Below, piece by piece: positions 9,686-20,985 of a stretch of DNA of 64,000 bases; positions within the stretch are counted from its first letter, which is position 1; each line of letters starts with the position of its first letter. The stretch lies in assembly GCA_963744145.1 (NCBI GenBank), contig CAVUSO010000001.1, forward strand, positions 2,368,001-2,432,000, given 5' to 3'. The notes beneath the pieces were generated by a model, which was given only the letters and a program-made list of their open reading frames with translations, ran no database searches and was not told the origin of the DNA. The translations under genes were made by a program, and so were the position numbers. Source of the DNA: an uncultured cyanobacterium (GTDB lineage Bacteria; Cyanobacteriota; Cyanobacteriia; Cyanobacteriales; CAWUOF01).

Positions 9686-11929
9686 TTAGACATCAACTTG
9701 AGTAATCCGGCGAATATTTAAAATATCACTCATCTTTTTAATTTGGCTAAAAGTGCGCTCTAATTGATCGCGATCGCGGATATCAATACATAAATCAATC
9801 AGAGCGGGGAATCCAGGATAGGTTTTAACTTGAGCGCTACTCACATTAATCGAGTCATCTTTCAACCGGGAAAGAATATCATTCAGAACACCGACCCGAT
9901 CAAGTGCTTCAATCTGAATATTAACTGGATAGGTTTGAGGACGAAAACTCGATTCGGTCTGAGAATTCCAACTAACGGGAACTAGACGATCACCCGGAAT
10001 ACTTTCCACATTATCACAACCTTGTCGATGAATAGAAATCCCACGATTAGAACGAGTAACAATCCCAATAATTGGTTCTCCTGGTAAAGGATTACAACAT
10101 TTAGCTAAGTGATAAAGTAACCCTTCCACACCAGTAATGGGTGATTTTGATTGGGGACTAAGTGCTAAAGACTGAGGTAACTGAGGTAACTGATAAGTTT
10201 TTTCCGGTTCAATCGTCGGTTGTTTCGCTTTAATTGCATCGCGAAGACGATTCACCACTAGATTCAGCGTCACCTCTCCATAACCCAAAGCAGCTAACAA
10301 ATCTTCCACACTATGGTAATTCAACCGTTCAGTCAACACTAACATTGGTTCCGATTTCAACAAAGCTTCAAAACCATTTTTTCCGAGTTCCTTTTCCAAC
10401 AGATCCCGACCGCGCATCACATTTTCTTCTCGATGCGATCGCTTATACCATTGACGAATCCGATTTCTGGCTCCCGTTGTCACGGTAAAATTCAACCAAT
10501 CTAAACTGGGGTGACCATTTTTTTGGGTAAGGATTTCCACAATATCCCCATTTTTCAAGGGTTTATCTAAAGTCACCATCCTTCCATTGACTTTAGCTCC
10601 AGTACAATGATTTCCGACTTCCGTATGAATCCGATAAGCAAAATCTACCGGTGTAGCACCTCGACTTAAGGAAATCACATCTCCTTTGGGAGTAAACACA
10701 TAAACATCATCATCAAATAAATTATCTTTAACGCTTTCGAGATATTCCTGAGCATCTTTCAAATCACTTTGCCATTCTAACAGTTGTCGTAACCAAGTAA
10801 ATTTCTCATCTGCTGCGGTAAGCTGGACATTACTTGAACCGGTTTCTTTATATTTCCAATGAGCAGCAATTCCATACTCAGCAACATGGTGCATTTCCAA
10901 AGTCCGTAACTGCACTTCAATGGGACGTCCCGTATTACCAATCACTACTGTATGGAGGGACTGATAGCGATTCGGTTTCGGTAACCCAATATAATCTTTA
11001 AAGCGACCAGGAATCGGAGTAAACGCATCATGAACTATCGCTAAAGACCGATAACATTCTTCATTAGTTTGTACAATTAACCTAATCGCAGCGATATCAT
11101 AGATTTCGTGAAATTCTTTTTGTTGTCGCTGCATCTTTTCATAAATTCCATAAAGATGCTTCGGACGTCCGTTAATATCAATACAATTAATTCCCGCTTG
11201 ATCTAGACGATAGCGGAGCAAACTAATTACTTTAGTTAACTTATCCTCTCGATCAGCTCGCTTTTGTCCTACGAGTTCTTGCATTTTCCGGTAAGCTTCC
11301 GGTTCTAGATATTTAAAGGATAAATCTTCTAATTCCCACTTAAATCTACCAATTCCCAATCGATTTGCTAAAGGTGCAAAAATTTCTCGGGTTTCCAGAG
11401 CAATCCGCTGACGTTTTTCATCACTTAAATGTTCTAGCGTTCTCATATTATGTAGTCGATCCGCTAGTTTAACCACAATCACCCGAATATCTTGAGCCAT
11501 TGCTAAAAACATCCGACGGAAACTTTCAGCTTGACGCTCAGTTTTGCTAGAAAACTGAAATTTAGATAACTTGGTGACACCTTCGACCAAATGACTTACT
11601 TCCGCACCAAATCTTTGCTCTAATTCTTCCAGGGTGACATCCGTATCTTCCACCACATCATGCAAAAATCCCGCAGCAATCATCGCACTGCTACCACCGA
11701 GATCTCGCAATAACCCAGAAACTGCGATCGGATGACAGATATATGGTTCTCCGGAAGCTCGACGTTGTCCCTCATGTAACTTGTAAGCAAATTCAAAAGC
11801 TCGACAGATTAAACAACTATCGGTTTTCGCGTTAGCTGCGGGATCACTATTTTGTTGTGATTCTAAACAATCCTGAAGCCAGTCAGGAATTAGGCATTCT
11901 TTAGAAAAGGTTGTTACAGTTGCGTTCAT
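9686..11929 (-). CDS. spoT: Bifunctional (p)ppGpp synthetase/hydrolase
   Basis: HDVVEDT hydrolase motif, KLADRLHNMRT, YQSLHT, EVQLRT, TGS (FAYRIHT) and ACT domains. Confidence 0.97.
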   Translation of the reverse strand: MNATVTTFSKECLIPDWLQDCLESQQNSDPAANAKTDSCLICRAFEFAYKLHEGQRRASGEPYICHPIAVSGLLRDLGGSSAMIAAGFLHDVVEDTDVTLEELEQRFGAEVSHLVEGVTKLSKFQFSSKTERQAESFRRMFLAMAQDIRVIVVKLADRLHNMRTLEHLSDEKRQRIALETREIFAPLANRLGIGRFKWELEDLSFKYLEPEAYRKMQELVGQKRADREDKLTKVISLLRYRLDQAGINCIDINGRPKHLYGIYEKMQRQQKEFHEIYDIAAIRLIVQTNEECYRSLAIVHDAFTPIPGRFKDYIGLPKPNRYQSLHTVVIGNTGRPIEVQLRTLEMHHVAEYGIAAHWKYKETGSSNVQLTAADEKFTWLRQLLEWQSDLKDAQEYLESVKDNLFDDDVYVFTPKGDVISLSRGATPVDFAYRIHTEVGNHCTGAKVNGRMVTLDKPLKNGDIVEILTQKNGHPSLDWLNFTVTTGARNRIRQWYKRSHREENVMRGRDLLEKELGKNGFEALLKSEPMLVLTERLNYHSVEDLLAALGYGEVTLNLVVNRLRDAIKAKQPTIEPEKTYQLPQLPQSLALSPQSKSPITGVEGLLYHLAKCCNPLPGEPIIGIVTRSNRGISIHRQGCDNVESIPGDRLVPVSWNSQTESSFRPQTYPVNIQIEALDRVGVLNDILSRLKDDSINVSSAQVKTYPGFPALIDLCIDIRDRDQLERTFSQIKKMSDILNIRRITQVDV

Positions 11930-12343
11930 AGTCTAGCACTTAAGATTTTTACATAGAAGGGTTACTGTTAAATCTCAACCGATCGGGAAGTCAGAGAGAG
12001 ATATCTGGTAATTTTGCCTAAGAATACTTGGGTTTATCCCTGCTGTCAAAGGAAATGACCCAGGGATTGGTGTAAACTATCTTCTCAAAGCCAGAGTAAA
12101 ATTGCCGAAATCCTTAAAATAATTTAAGGGATCGCCGTCATTTATCGTTATTTTTACAACCTAAATGTAGAGCTATCCTGAAAAAATCTTTATTCTTATT
12201 CTAGCTTAATCAGGTGGCAACGGGAAGGATTGTGGGGCAATTACCTCCAAATTAAAATCTGGTCAGATGCGGATGGGCGGGAAAATTCTCCCCAGTTATT
12301 GGCAAATCCTGATTAGAATCATAAAGCGATGATCTGATTAACC

Positions 12344-13993
12344 ATGAGTGAACCTTTACTTTGTGTAGAAAATTTGCGTGTCGGATATCCCCACCCAGGA
12401 CAGTCTACCTGGGCAATTAATGATGTTTCTTTGATACTCAAACCAGGTGAAAGATTAGGATTGGTGGGAGAATCTGGTTGTGGTAAGTCAACTTTGGGAC
12501 GTGCTGTGATGCGGTTACTACCACCATCGACCCGCATCGAAGGAAAAGTCACCTTTGAGGGTGAGTCGGTGTTTGATTTCTCTTCAACCCGGTTACGTCG
12601 TTTTCGTGGTGAAGCGATCGCTTTAATTTTTCAAGATCCAATGACTAGACTTGATCCCCTGATGACGATTGGGGATCATTGTTTGGAAACGCTCTATGCT
12701 CATCAATCCCATTTGTCTAAACGTGAAGCTAAAGAAAAAGCCATTGCTACTTTAGAAGCAGTGAAAATACCCGCAACCCGTTGGTCTCAGTATCCCCATG
12801 AATTTAGTGGTGGAATGCGACAAAGAGTAGCGATCGCTTTAGCTTTGTTACTCGATCCTAAGTTAATTGTGGCTGATGAACCGACAACGAGTTTAGATGT
12901 GACCATCTCGGCTCAGATTTTAAAAGAATTAACTCGGTTATGTCAAGAACGGGATCTGGCTTTGTTGATGATTTCCCATGATTTAGCGATGGTGGGTGAG
13001 TATTGCGATCGCTTGGCTGTAATGTATGGTGGGAAAATTGTCGAAGCTGGACTCACTCAAGAGATTTTTCAGTCTCCTCAACATGAATATACGCGATCGC
13101 TGCTCCAAGCGGCTTTACATATTCAAGTATTTGATCAACCATCTGTTCCGACTGCGGTAACTTTACCAAATCATCAATCACCAATTCTGCAAGTTAGTAA
13201 TTTAGATAAATATTATACGATTGAATCTAATTTTTTTGCCCAATTCTTTTCATCAAAAGTCAAAATGGTTAAAGCTGTTGATGACATTAATTTGACGCTT
13301 TACCAAGGGGAAATTTTGGGATTAGTGGGAGAATCTGGTTGTGGTAAAAGTACCTTATCTCGGACAATTTTGCAGCTCATCCCAGCAACTAGAGGTAAAA
13401 TTGAGTTGTTTGGACAAGATTTAACCAAATTATCACCTCGTTTAATTCGTCAACAACGAAGACAAATGCAAATGGTATTTCAAGATCCCCATGCTTGTCT
13501 TAATCCGATGATGACGGTGGGAGAAGGTATTGCTGATGCTTTATTTATTCATCACTTAGCAACTCCTATTCAAGCAAAAGAGCTAGTCAATAAAATGTTA
13601 GCTAGGGTGGGATTAACACCTCCGGAAGATTATTATTACCGTTATCCCGGTGATTTGTCGGGAGGACAACAGCAAAGAGTAGCGATCGCTCGAGCTTTGA
13701 TTACCCAACCCAAGCTATTAATCTGTGATGAACCAGTAAGTATGTTAGATGCGAGTGTCCAAAGTCAGGTGCTGGATTTAATGTTAGAATTAAAAGCCGA
13801 ATTTGATTTAACTTATTTATTTATTACTCACGATCTGTGGTTAGCTAGATTTTTATGCGATCGGATTGCGGTGATGAATGCTGGTAGAATTGTTGAAATT
13901 GGCACCACTCAAGAGATTTTTACTAATCCTCAACACCCTTACACTCAAACCCTGATCCAAGCTGCACCACTTTTAGCTCGGAGTTACTCATAG
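12344..13993 (+). CDS. Fused OppD/OppF-type peptide ABC transporter ATPase
   Basis: Two GESGCGKS Walker A motifs, FSGGMRQR and LSGGQQQR signatures, HPYT tail. Confidence 0.93.
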   Translation: MSEPLLCVENLRVGYPHPGQSTWAINDVSLILKPGERLGLVGESGCGKSTLGRAVMRLLPPSTRIEGKVTFEGESVFDFSSTRLRRFRGEAIALIFQDPMTRLDPLMTIGDHCLETLYAHQSHLSKREAKEKAIATLEAVKIPATRWSQYPHEFSGGMRQRVAIALALLLDPKLIVADEPTTSLDVTISAQILKELTRLCQERDLALLMISHDLAMVGEYCDRLAVMYGGKIVEAGLTQEIFQSPQHEYTRSLLQAALHIQVFDQPSVPTAVTLPNHQSPILQVSNLDKYYTIESNFFAQFFSSKVKMVKAVDDINLTLYQGEILGLVGESGCGKSTLSRTILQLIPATRGKIELFGQDLTKLSPRLIRQQRRQMQMVFQDPHACLNPMMTVGEGIADALFIHHLATPIQAKELVNKMLARVGLTPPEDYYYRYPGDLSGGQQQRVAIARALITQPKLLICDEPVSMLDASVQSQVLDLMLELKAEFDLTYLFITHDLWLARFLCDRIAVMNAGRIVEIGTTQEIFTNPQHPYTQTLIQAAPLLARSYS

Positions 13994-14133
13994 ATTAGAG
14001 ATCAGGATCAGGTTAATAATTGATTAGATAAAATCTGCAAATTTTCAGAAATAAATTTTTATTGTGCTGTGAAATAATTAGGGTAAGAGCTAAGATTAAA
14101 TCAGCCCGATCGCTAGAATTAATCTTAACCCTT

Positions 14134-16575
14134 ATGAAACCCCTAGTTGATTTATTTTGGCTTGGTAGTAGTTTATTGATCTACAATCTATTCGGGATCA
14201 ATTCTACTCTAGCCCAAATTGTCCCAGATGGGACTTTACCAGTTAACTCTCTGGTCAATTCTAATTACAATAATATTTTGATTAATGGTGGTACTAGAGT
14301 AGGTGGGAACTTATTTCATAGTTTTAAAGATTTTTCTATTCCCACAGGTAACACTACATTTTTTAATAATGCGATCGATATTCAAAATATTATCACTCGG
14401 ATTACCGGTTCATCAATTTCTAATATTGATGGTACAATTAAAGCTAATGGTACTGCTAACTTATTTTTCCTCAATCCAAATGGGATTATTTTTGGCTCTC
14501 AGACTAAATTAAACATTGGTGGTTCCTTTTTAGCTAGTACCGCAAGTAGTCTAATTTTTGCAGATCAAAGTCAATTTAACATTACCAATCCTCAATCATC
14601 ATTACTCACTATTAATCTACCAGTAGGTTTACAGTTTGGTCAAAATCCAGGAGCAATCAATCTAGTGGGATTGGGGCATAATTTAACTTATGCTGATTCT
14701 ATACTTCCTATATATACAAAATTTATCCGAGGTAATAATTCGACGAGTTTACAAGTATTACCTGGAAAATCTTTAGCTTTAATTGGAGGTGAAATTAATC
14801 TCCAAGGAGCTGTATTAATAGCACCAGGAGGACAGATTGATTTAGGTAGTGTGAACGGGGGAAAAGTTGGATTTAATCAGACGAGTAATGGGTGGATATT
14901 TGACTATCAATCTGTCCCTAGTTTTGCTGATATCAATCTATCTCAAAAATCCTTAGTCGATGCTAGTAGCGATTGGGGAGGTGGATTTATTTCTGTCCAA
15001 GGAAGAAACGTAATTTTGACTGGTAATTCAGTCATGTTAATTCAAAATGAAGGAATTAACCCAGTCGGAGATATTAGCATAAATGCTTCAGAATCTGTGC
15101 AATTAAGTGGTAGCTTTAATACCAACGTTTTAACAGGTTTGGAAAATCAGACGATCGGAGTAGGACAAGGAGGAGATATCAAGATAGTCACTAAAAAATT
15201 AGTAACGCAAGGAGCATCAGAAATAAATGAAACCAGTTTTGGTGCTGGTCAAACAGGTAATATTATCCTCCATGCTGATGACTCGATTGATGTCGGTCAA
15301 TTTAGTGGTATTCAAGTGATAAATTTTGCTTCAGGTAATGCTGGTAATGTTAACTTATGGACTAAAACATTAAATATCACTGGTGGTGCAGGGATTGACA
15401 ATCTAAGTTTAGGGAGCGGGTATGGTGGACAGATAAATGTTAATGTCAGTGATTCGGTCTTAGTAAGTGGATTCGACCCAAGTAGTCTGTTAGCTAGTTT
15501 TTTGGGAGCAACAACTGTTAGCACGGGAAATGCTAATAGTTTAACGATTAATACCTCAAAATTAATGGTAGAAAATGGAGGGAAAGTAGAGTCTTCTACT
15601 CTAGCAAGTGGTAATGCAGGACATCTCACAATTAATGCTTCGGAATCGGTGGAAGTGAGCGGGGAAATTCCCTTTAATCTTGAACCTAGTTTACTCACAT
15701 CAAGTGCTAGGGTTGTTAATAAAAATCAACAACAATTATTTATGTTACCAGCGATCCCAACGGGAATGTCTGGAGATGTCACAATTAATACTCCAAAATT
15801 AAGTGTGACTGATGGAGGTTTAGTAAATGTAAAAAACCAAGGATCAGGAAATGGGGGAACACTAGATATCAATGGAGATACAATTTTGCTGAACAATTCT
15901 GGAGGGATTTCTGCTACTACTATCAACGGTGAAGGTGGTAATATTTTCCTAGCAGAACATGATATTATCCTGAATCAAGGAAGTACAATTACTGCTACTG
16001 CTGGTGGTAGTGGTAATGGTGGTAATTTGCATCTTAATACCCAAACATTGACCGTTTTAGATCAGAGTAGTATTACAGCTAATGCGATTAAAGGTCGAGG
16101 TGGTAATATTACCATTGATACTCAAGGATTGTTTCTGGATCGCGATAGTCAAATTACCGCTGTTTCTCAACTGGGAATCAATGGGATAGTCCTGATCAAA
16201 ACTCCAGATATTGATCCTAGTAAAGGTTTGATTAAATTGTCTCAGTCCGTAGAGGATGCTTCTAATCTAATTAATAATGCTTGTGAAAAAAGTCGCGGAA
16301 GTAATTTTTATCTAACTGGTCGGGGGGGACTACCTCCGAGTCCTAGTCAATCATACATTACTAGTAGAGCAGTAGCAGATTTAGGAATTACTCATCCCCA
16401 GATCAGGAATATCAGTAAATCTCCTCTTAGTTCTGGTCAATCATCAATATCTGAGCCAATAGTTGAAGCTACTGGTTGGGCGATCGATCATAATGGTAAA
16501 GTAATCCTGATTGCTAGTACCTCGACTGTTTCGCTACATAGTTTATGGTTGAAATCTCCTCCTTGTCCCGGCTAA
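14134..16575 (+). CDS. Filamentous haemagglutinin N-terminal (TPS) domain exoprotein
   Basis: QIVPD, NLFHSF, NPNGIIFG, GNAGNI-type beta-helix repeats and a TGRGGLP...EATGW C-terminus. Confidence 0.9.
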   Translation: MKPLVDLFWLGSSLLIYNLFGINSTLAQIVPDGTLPVNSLVNSNYNNILINGGTRVGGNLFHSFKDFSIPTGNTTFFNNAIDIQNIITRITGSSISNIDGTIKANGTANLFFLNPNGIIFGSQTKLNIGGSFLASTASSLIFADQSQFNITNPQSSLLTINLPVGLQFGQNPGAINLVGLGHNLTYADSILPIYTKFIRGNNSTSLQVLPGKSLALIGGEINLQGAVLIAPGGQIDLGSVNGGKVGFNQTSNGWIFDYQSVPSFADINLSQKSLVDASSDWGGGFISVQGRNVILTGNSVMLIQNEGINPVGDISINASESVQLSGSFNTNVLTGLENQTIGVGQGGDIKIVTKKLVTQGASEINETSFGAGQTGNIILHADDSIDVGQFSGIQVINFASGNAGNVNLWTKTLNITGGAGIDNLSLGSGYGGQINVNVSDSVLVSGFDPSSLLASFLGATTVSTGNANSLTINTSKLMVENGGKVESSTLASGNAGHLTINASESVEVSGEIPFNLEPSLLTSSARVVNKNQQQLFMLPAIPTGMSGDVTINTPKLSVTDGGLVNVKNQGSGNGGTLDINGDTILLNNSGGISATTINGEGGNIFLAEHDIILNQGSTITATAGGSGNGGNLHLNTQTLTVLDQSSITANAIKGRGGNITIDTQGLFLDRDSQITAVSQLGINGIVLIKTPDIDPSKGLIKLSQSVEDASNLINNACEKSRGSNFYLTGRGGLPPSPSQSYITSRAVADLGITHPQIRNISKSPLSSGQSSISEPIVEATGWAIDHNGKVILIASTSTVSLHSLWLKSPPCPG

Positions 16576-16592
16576 ATTTGCTCCTCTGATTT

Positions 16593-18602
16593 CTACACAT
16601 CTAAATGAGCAATACCTGCTTCAGAACGTTGCACAGTACCAATGAAAGCATCTTCTAAAGAGAAAGGGACAGGACGATCGCTAAATAATTTGATTTGATT
16701 AGCTTCGAGGTGCGATCGAATTTCCAGAAGTTCGGTACTCGGATGATCGAGAACAACGTGCAAGCGATCGCCAAAAATAGAAACGCGCCAAGGTTCTAAA
16801 TAGTTTTTTAGTAAATTTGCTGCTTGCTGATTCCGATCAACCCGCAATTCAATTAATTGTCCGGGTTGAGCTGCTTTGATTTCACTCGGTGAACCCTCTA
16901 ATACTACTTCTCCTGCTACCATAAATCCCATCCGATTACATTGTTCTGCTTCTTCTAAATAGTGGGTGGTAACTAGAATTGCTGTTCCTTGACGAGCAAA
17001 ATCATTAATAATTCGCCAAAACTGTCTTCTCGCTAAAGGATCAACCCCTGATGTCGGTTCATCTAAAAACAGAATTTCTGGTTCGTGCATTACTGAAGCT
17101 CCAAAAGCTACTCGTTGTTTCCAACCTCCTGGTAATTTTCCAGTTAACATATTTTCTCTTCCCACTAAACCACAAGTTTCTAGTACCCAAGAGATTTTTT
17201 GCTGTTGTAATTGTCTAGGAACTTGATAAACTCCACAATAAAATTCTAAATTTTGCTGAATAGTTAGATCATCATAAAGAGTAAATTTTTGACTCATATA
17301 ACCGATCCGTTTGCGGAGAGCACCACTCCGCAGGTTATCACTTTCTCCCGCTAAAGTCATTTGACCGCTAGTAGCTGGTAGTAAACCACATAGCATTTTA
17401 ATGGTAGTAGTTTTTCCGGCACCATTAGCTCCCAGTAAACCATAAATTTCTCCATAATTAATTTTTAAATTAACTCCTTTGACCGCACGAAATTTACCGA
17501 AGGTTTTTTGTAAGTTGATCGCGCCGATCGCTACCTTAGCAGTGGTAGGATTAAAGGTTAAATTTGCAGATTTAGCCCGAGGAAAGGGAATAAATAATGG
17601 ATCAGAACCTTGTTGACGGAGACGAGTCACAAAGACATTTTCTAAGGTAGCATCACTAATTTGAATGCTCTGAATGGGAATATTGCTCTCATAAAAAGCT
17701 TGTCGCACCGCTTTTTCATCTTTTTCACCATGAGCAACTAATACATCTAAGCGATCGCCAAAGGTTTGAATATCTGCAATACTTGAACGATGATGAGCAA
17801 TTTCCTCAAGAACTTTTTCTGCACCAGCAAGATTGGGTGTCCGGACTTCTAATCTTTCTAATCCAAGATGAAGACGCAATTCTGGGAGAGTTGCAATTTC
17901 ATTAATTTGTCCTTCATACATTAAAGCAATTCGGTTACAGCGTTCTGCTTCATCTAAATAAGGAGTTGCTACAACTATCGTCATTCCTTCGGAAGCAAGT
18001 GCTGCTAATATATCCCAAAATTCTCTTCGTGATACTGGATCTACTCCAGTGGTTGGTTCATCTAATAATAAAATATCTGGTTGTGATACTAAAGCACAAC
18101 AAAGAGCTAATTTTTGTTTCATTCCTCCCGATAATTGTCCAGCTAAACGATTACCGATTCGTTCGATCCCCATTAATCTGAGATATTTATCCTTGCGTTG
18201 CTCGAATTGTTCGGGAGGTACTTGTCGCAATCCCCCACTATAACTTAAATTTTCATCAATACTTAAGTCTAAATATAGAGAGAATTGCTGGGTAAGATAG
18301 CCAATATTTAATCTTGCTAATCGGGGTAATTTTCCCAAAATTTGCACATCTCCCCCTGAAGATTCCATCACTCCACCTAAAATATGAAATGTGCTGGTTT
18401 TTCCCGCTCCATCTGGACCAATTAAACCAAATATTTCACCCTTATAAACTTCAAAATTAATCCCTTTCACCGCAGTGAAATTGCCATAGCGTTTAATGAG
18501 ATTTTGCACAGAGATAACTGGATTATTAGAGGTGATCTCGCGATCGGCTTCATCCAGTTTATTAGCAGTAATATTGGCAATTGGTTCAACTTCGTATGTC
18601 AT
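16593..18602 (-). CDS. Tandem ABC-2 exporter ATPase (YbhF/RbbA-like)
   Basis: GPDGAGKT and GANGAGKT Walker A motifs; DEPT.GVDP twice. Confidence 0.92.
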   Translation of the reverse strand: MTYEVEPIANITANKLDEADREITSNNPVISVQNLIKRYGNFTAVKGINFEVYKGEIFGLIGPDGAGKTSTFHILGGVMESSGGDVQILGKLPRLARLNIGYLTQQFSLYLDLSIDENLSYSGGLRQVPPEQFEQRKDKYLRLMGIERIGNRLAGQLSGGMKQKLALCCALVSQPDILLLDEPTTGVDPVSRREFWDILAALASEGMTIVVATPYLDEAERCNRIALMYEGQINEIATLPELRLHLGLERLEVRTPNLAGAEKVLEEIAHHRSSIADIQTFGDRLDVLVAHGEKDEKAVRQAFYESNIPIQSIQISDATLENVFVTRLRQQGSDPLFIPFPRAKSANLTFNPTTAKVAIGAINLQKTFGKFRAVKGVNLKINYGEIYGLLGANGAGKTTTIKMLCGLLPATSGQMTLAGESDNLRSGALRKRIGYMSQKFTLYDDLTIQQNLEFYCGVYQVPRQLQQQKISWVLETCGLVGRENMLTGKLPGGWKQRVAFGASVMHEPEILFLDEPTSGVDPLARRQFWRIINDFARQGTAILVTTHYLEEAEQCNRMGFMVAGEVVLEGSPSEIKAAQPGQLIELRVDRNQQAANLLKNYLEPWRVSIFGDRLHVVLDHPSTELLEIRSHLEANQIKLFSDRPVPFSLEDAFIGTVQRSEAGIAHLDV

Positions 18603-18642
18603 TACAACTAAGGATTATTAATCCCAAATACGGTTTACATTA

Positions 18643-18861
18643 TTACTGAAAATCTTCTAGTGGTTCATCAAAATCATCACTAATTGAAATAATATTTCGA
18701 TCACTGCCAAATAAAGGTGGACGCTTACGTGAGTTTTGCACTGAAACCAATTTTACCATTGGTCGATCATTTCTAGTAATAATTATCTCTTCTCCTTTTG
18801 CAGCAATCTCAAGTAGTTGAGTTATTTGAAGTAAGGCTTGATTGATATCTATACTTTGCAT
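18643..18861 (-). CDS. Phd/YefM-type antitoxin (orphan)
   Basis: GEEIIITR...P.VKLV plus SDDFDEPLEDF tail; no toxin gene follows. Confidence 0.8.
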   Translation of the reverse strand: MQSIDINQALLQITQLLEIAAKGEEIIITRNDRPMVKLVSVQNSRKRPPLFGSDRNIISISDDFDEPLEDFQ

Positions 18862-18924
18862 AGTTTATTTTCCTTGAATATCTGTTTAAGGTACAAAATC
18901 ATTAGTATTGCGTTCGGGAAAATT

Positions 18925-20241
18925 TCAGTTAGTTAAATCAATTTCTGCATCAACGGGCATCCCAGGTTTAGCAAATCCTTCTGGCTGATCGATCGCTAAT
19001 TTAATTCCAAATACCTGCTTCACTCGATCTTGCTTAAAGTAAATATTTTCTGGGGTAAAAGATGCTTTGGTATCAATTTGGGAGATATGAGCGTGATAAG
19101 GATGTTTGGAACTTGAATCTAAAAATACTCTTCCTGTTTGTCCGACTCTTATCTTACCCAGATCACCTTCAGGAATATAAGCTCTCATATAGACAGCATT
19201 AGGATCGAGAACTGTTAGCAAAGTTTTCCCAGTTGCTACTACTGCACCTGGTTCTAAAGGACGACTTTGAACTATTCCATCAATCGGACTTTTGACATCA
19301 AATGATTCTAATCGACGCTGAATTTGATCACGAGCAGCTTGAGCGTTTTTTACTTTTGATTGTGATGCTAATAACCTTGACTCTGCTTGGGTTTTCTGTT
19401 GATAATAAGCGTCAAGTTGAGCGTTCCGTATTTCTGGATTTAATCCGGTTGATTGCACTTGAATAGCATTTCCTTTAGCTGCTGTCAAACGCTCTTGAGC
19501 TGCTTTGACTGATGCTTGAGTTGCGATCACCTTTGCTACTGCACTCGCTAAACTGGTATTAGTAGTATCTAAGGTAGTTTGCTTTTCGTCAAATTGTTGT
19601 TGGGTTACAGCACCTTCACTCACTAACGAAGCATAGCGATCGCGTTCAAGTTGAGCTAATCTTAACTGAGACTTGTACTGCTCTACTTCTGCTTCTGCTT
19701 GTTTTACTTGTGCTTCTATCTGAGCCAAATCTGCTTCAGCCGCAGCAACATTTGATTGAGCTTGACTAACTCTACCAACTGTATCCTCTTGAGCTTGTTT
19801 TACATTCAAATTTGCTTCTTTGATCCGACTATCTGCAACTGCAATATCTTGTTTTGCTTGTAATTCTTCTTGACGTGCTGATTCTATTTGAGCATTTAAA
19901 CCACTCAGTTGGGCTGGAATTTCTTCATCTTCCATTTGCACTACTAATTGCCCTTTTTTCGTCTGATCCCCTTCCCGAACTAGAATCGCTGTGATTCTTC
20001 CTGCTGTTTTTGCCCCAATATCTACTTCGTCAACTTCTAATCTCCCACTGACACGCAAGATCGTCTCTGGTGGTTTTGGTAAGATTGTCCAAATTCCATA
20101 GCTGATCCCTCCGATCGCTAATCCGACTGGTATTAATAGTCTTGGGTTAAATTTTTTGGGCTTTTTTGACGGTGGCTCGGTGCTGGGTAGGTTGGACAGG
20201 GGTTGATTGTCCTTAATTTGATGAGATGCAGTTTGGGTCAT
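18925..20241 (-). CDS. HlyD family membrane fusion protein (YbhG-like)
   Basis: N-terminal TM, SGRLE, coiled coil, SPIDG, FTP and AKPGMP. Confidence 0.92.
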   Translation of the reverse strand: MTQTASHQIKDNQPLSNLPSTEPPSKKPKKFNPRLLIPVGLAIGGISYGIWTILPKPPETILRVSGRLEVDEVDIGAKTAGRITAILVREGDQTKKGQLVVQMEDEEIPAQLSGLNAQIESARQEELQAKQDIAVADSRIKEANLNVKQAQEDTVGRVSQAQSNVAAAEADLAQIEAQVKQAEAEVEQYKSQLRLAQLERDRYASLVSEGAVTQQQFDEKQTTLDTTNTSLASAVAKVIATQASVKAAQERLTAAKGNAIQVQSTGLNPEIRNAQLDAYYQQKTQAESRLLASQSKVKNAQAARDQIQRRLESFDVKSPIDGIVQSRPLEPGAVVATGKTLLTVLDPNAVYMRAYIPEGDLGKIRVGQTGRVFLDSSSKHPYHAHISQIDTKASFTPENIYFKQDRVKQVFGIKLAIDQPEGFAKPGMPVDAEIDLTN

Positions 20242-20277
20242 ATCTGCGATCCGTTAAATGGCTAGTATTTACATATC

Positions 20278-20296
20278 ATACTAGACGGTCTAGTAT
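20278..20296. promoter_or_regulatory. Probable TetR operator
   Basis: Perfect palindrome ATACTAGAC-G-GTCTAGTAT in the 87-bp gap between divergent hlyD and tetR. Confidence 0.8.
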
Positions 20297-20328
20297 AAGT
20301 AAACTACTCACGTAATTAAAATTAATCT

Positions 20329-20934
20329 ATGACTGTTGCTGTCACCAACTCACGTCAAGCCAATGTCAAACAGAAAAAAATCTTACAGGGCGCCATGCAG
20401 GTATTTTTTCACGATGGTTACTTAGGTGCGAGCATGGATAAAATAGCCAGGGAATCAGGGGTTTCTAAACAAACTATTTATAGTTATTTTCATGACAAAG
20501 AAAGCTTATTTAAAGCGATAATTGAGCAAATCACAACAGTACGATTTCAGACCTTATTTGAGTCAGATAAATTACATGGAGAACCAGAACAATTACTGCG
20601 AAAATTAGCTGAAACTTATTTACTCAAAGTTGGTGATGATCAGAATTATCTGAATTTACTCAAGGTAATTATTGCCGAATCCTCACGTTTTCCGGAAATC
20701 ACAAAACTCTACTACCGAATTGTCATCCAGCGTGGTCGTCAACTTTTAAGTGAATATTTTGATGCTCATCCCGAATTAGGAATTAAAGATCCTGAAGTTG
20801 TTGCTCATATTTTTTTTGGTTCTTTAGTATCCTTTGTGGTGGTGCAAGAAATTATTCACGGTAAAGAAATAGCCGCTCTTTCTGCTGCTAATTTAATTGA
20901 TGGTCTGATTGATCTGATCCTCCATAAAAGTTAA
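20329..20934 (+). CDS. TetR/AcrR family regulator
   Basis: ASMDKIARESGVSKQTIYSYFHDKESLF HTH; IAESSRFPE C-terminal domain. Confidence 0.95.
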   Translation: MTVAVTNSRQANVKQKKILQGAMQVFFHDGYLGASMDKIARESGVSKQTIYSYFHDKESLFKAIIEQITTVRFQTLFESDKLHGEPEQLLRKLAETYLLKVGDDQNYLNLLKVIIAESSRFPEITKLYYRIVIQRGRQLLSEYFDAHPELGIKDPEVVAHIFFGSLVSFVVVQEIIHGKEIAALSAANLIDGLIDLILHKS

Positions 20935-20985
20935 TTTAATCCTCTTGGTTTTGGGGCGATCGCTAGTATTGATAAATCCAGTTTC

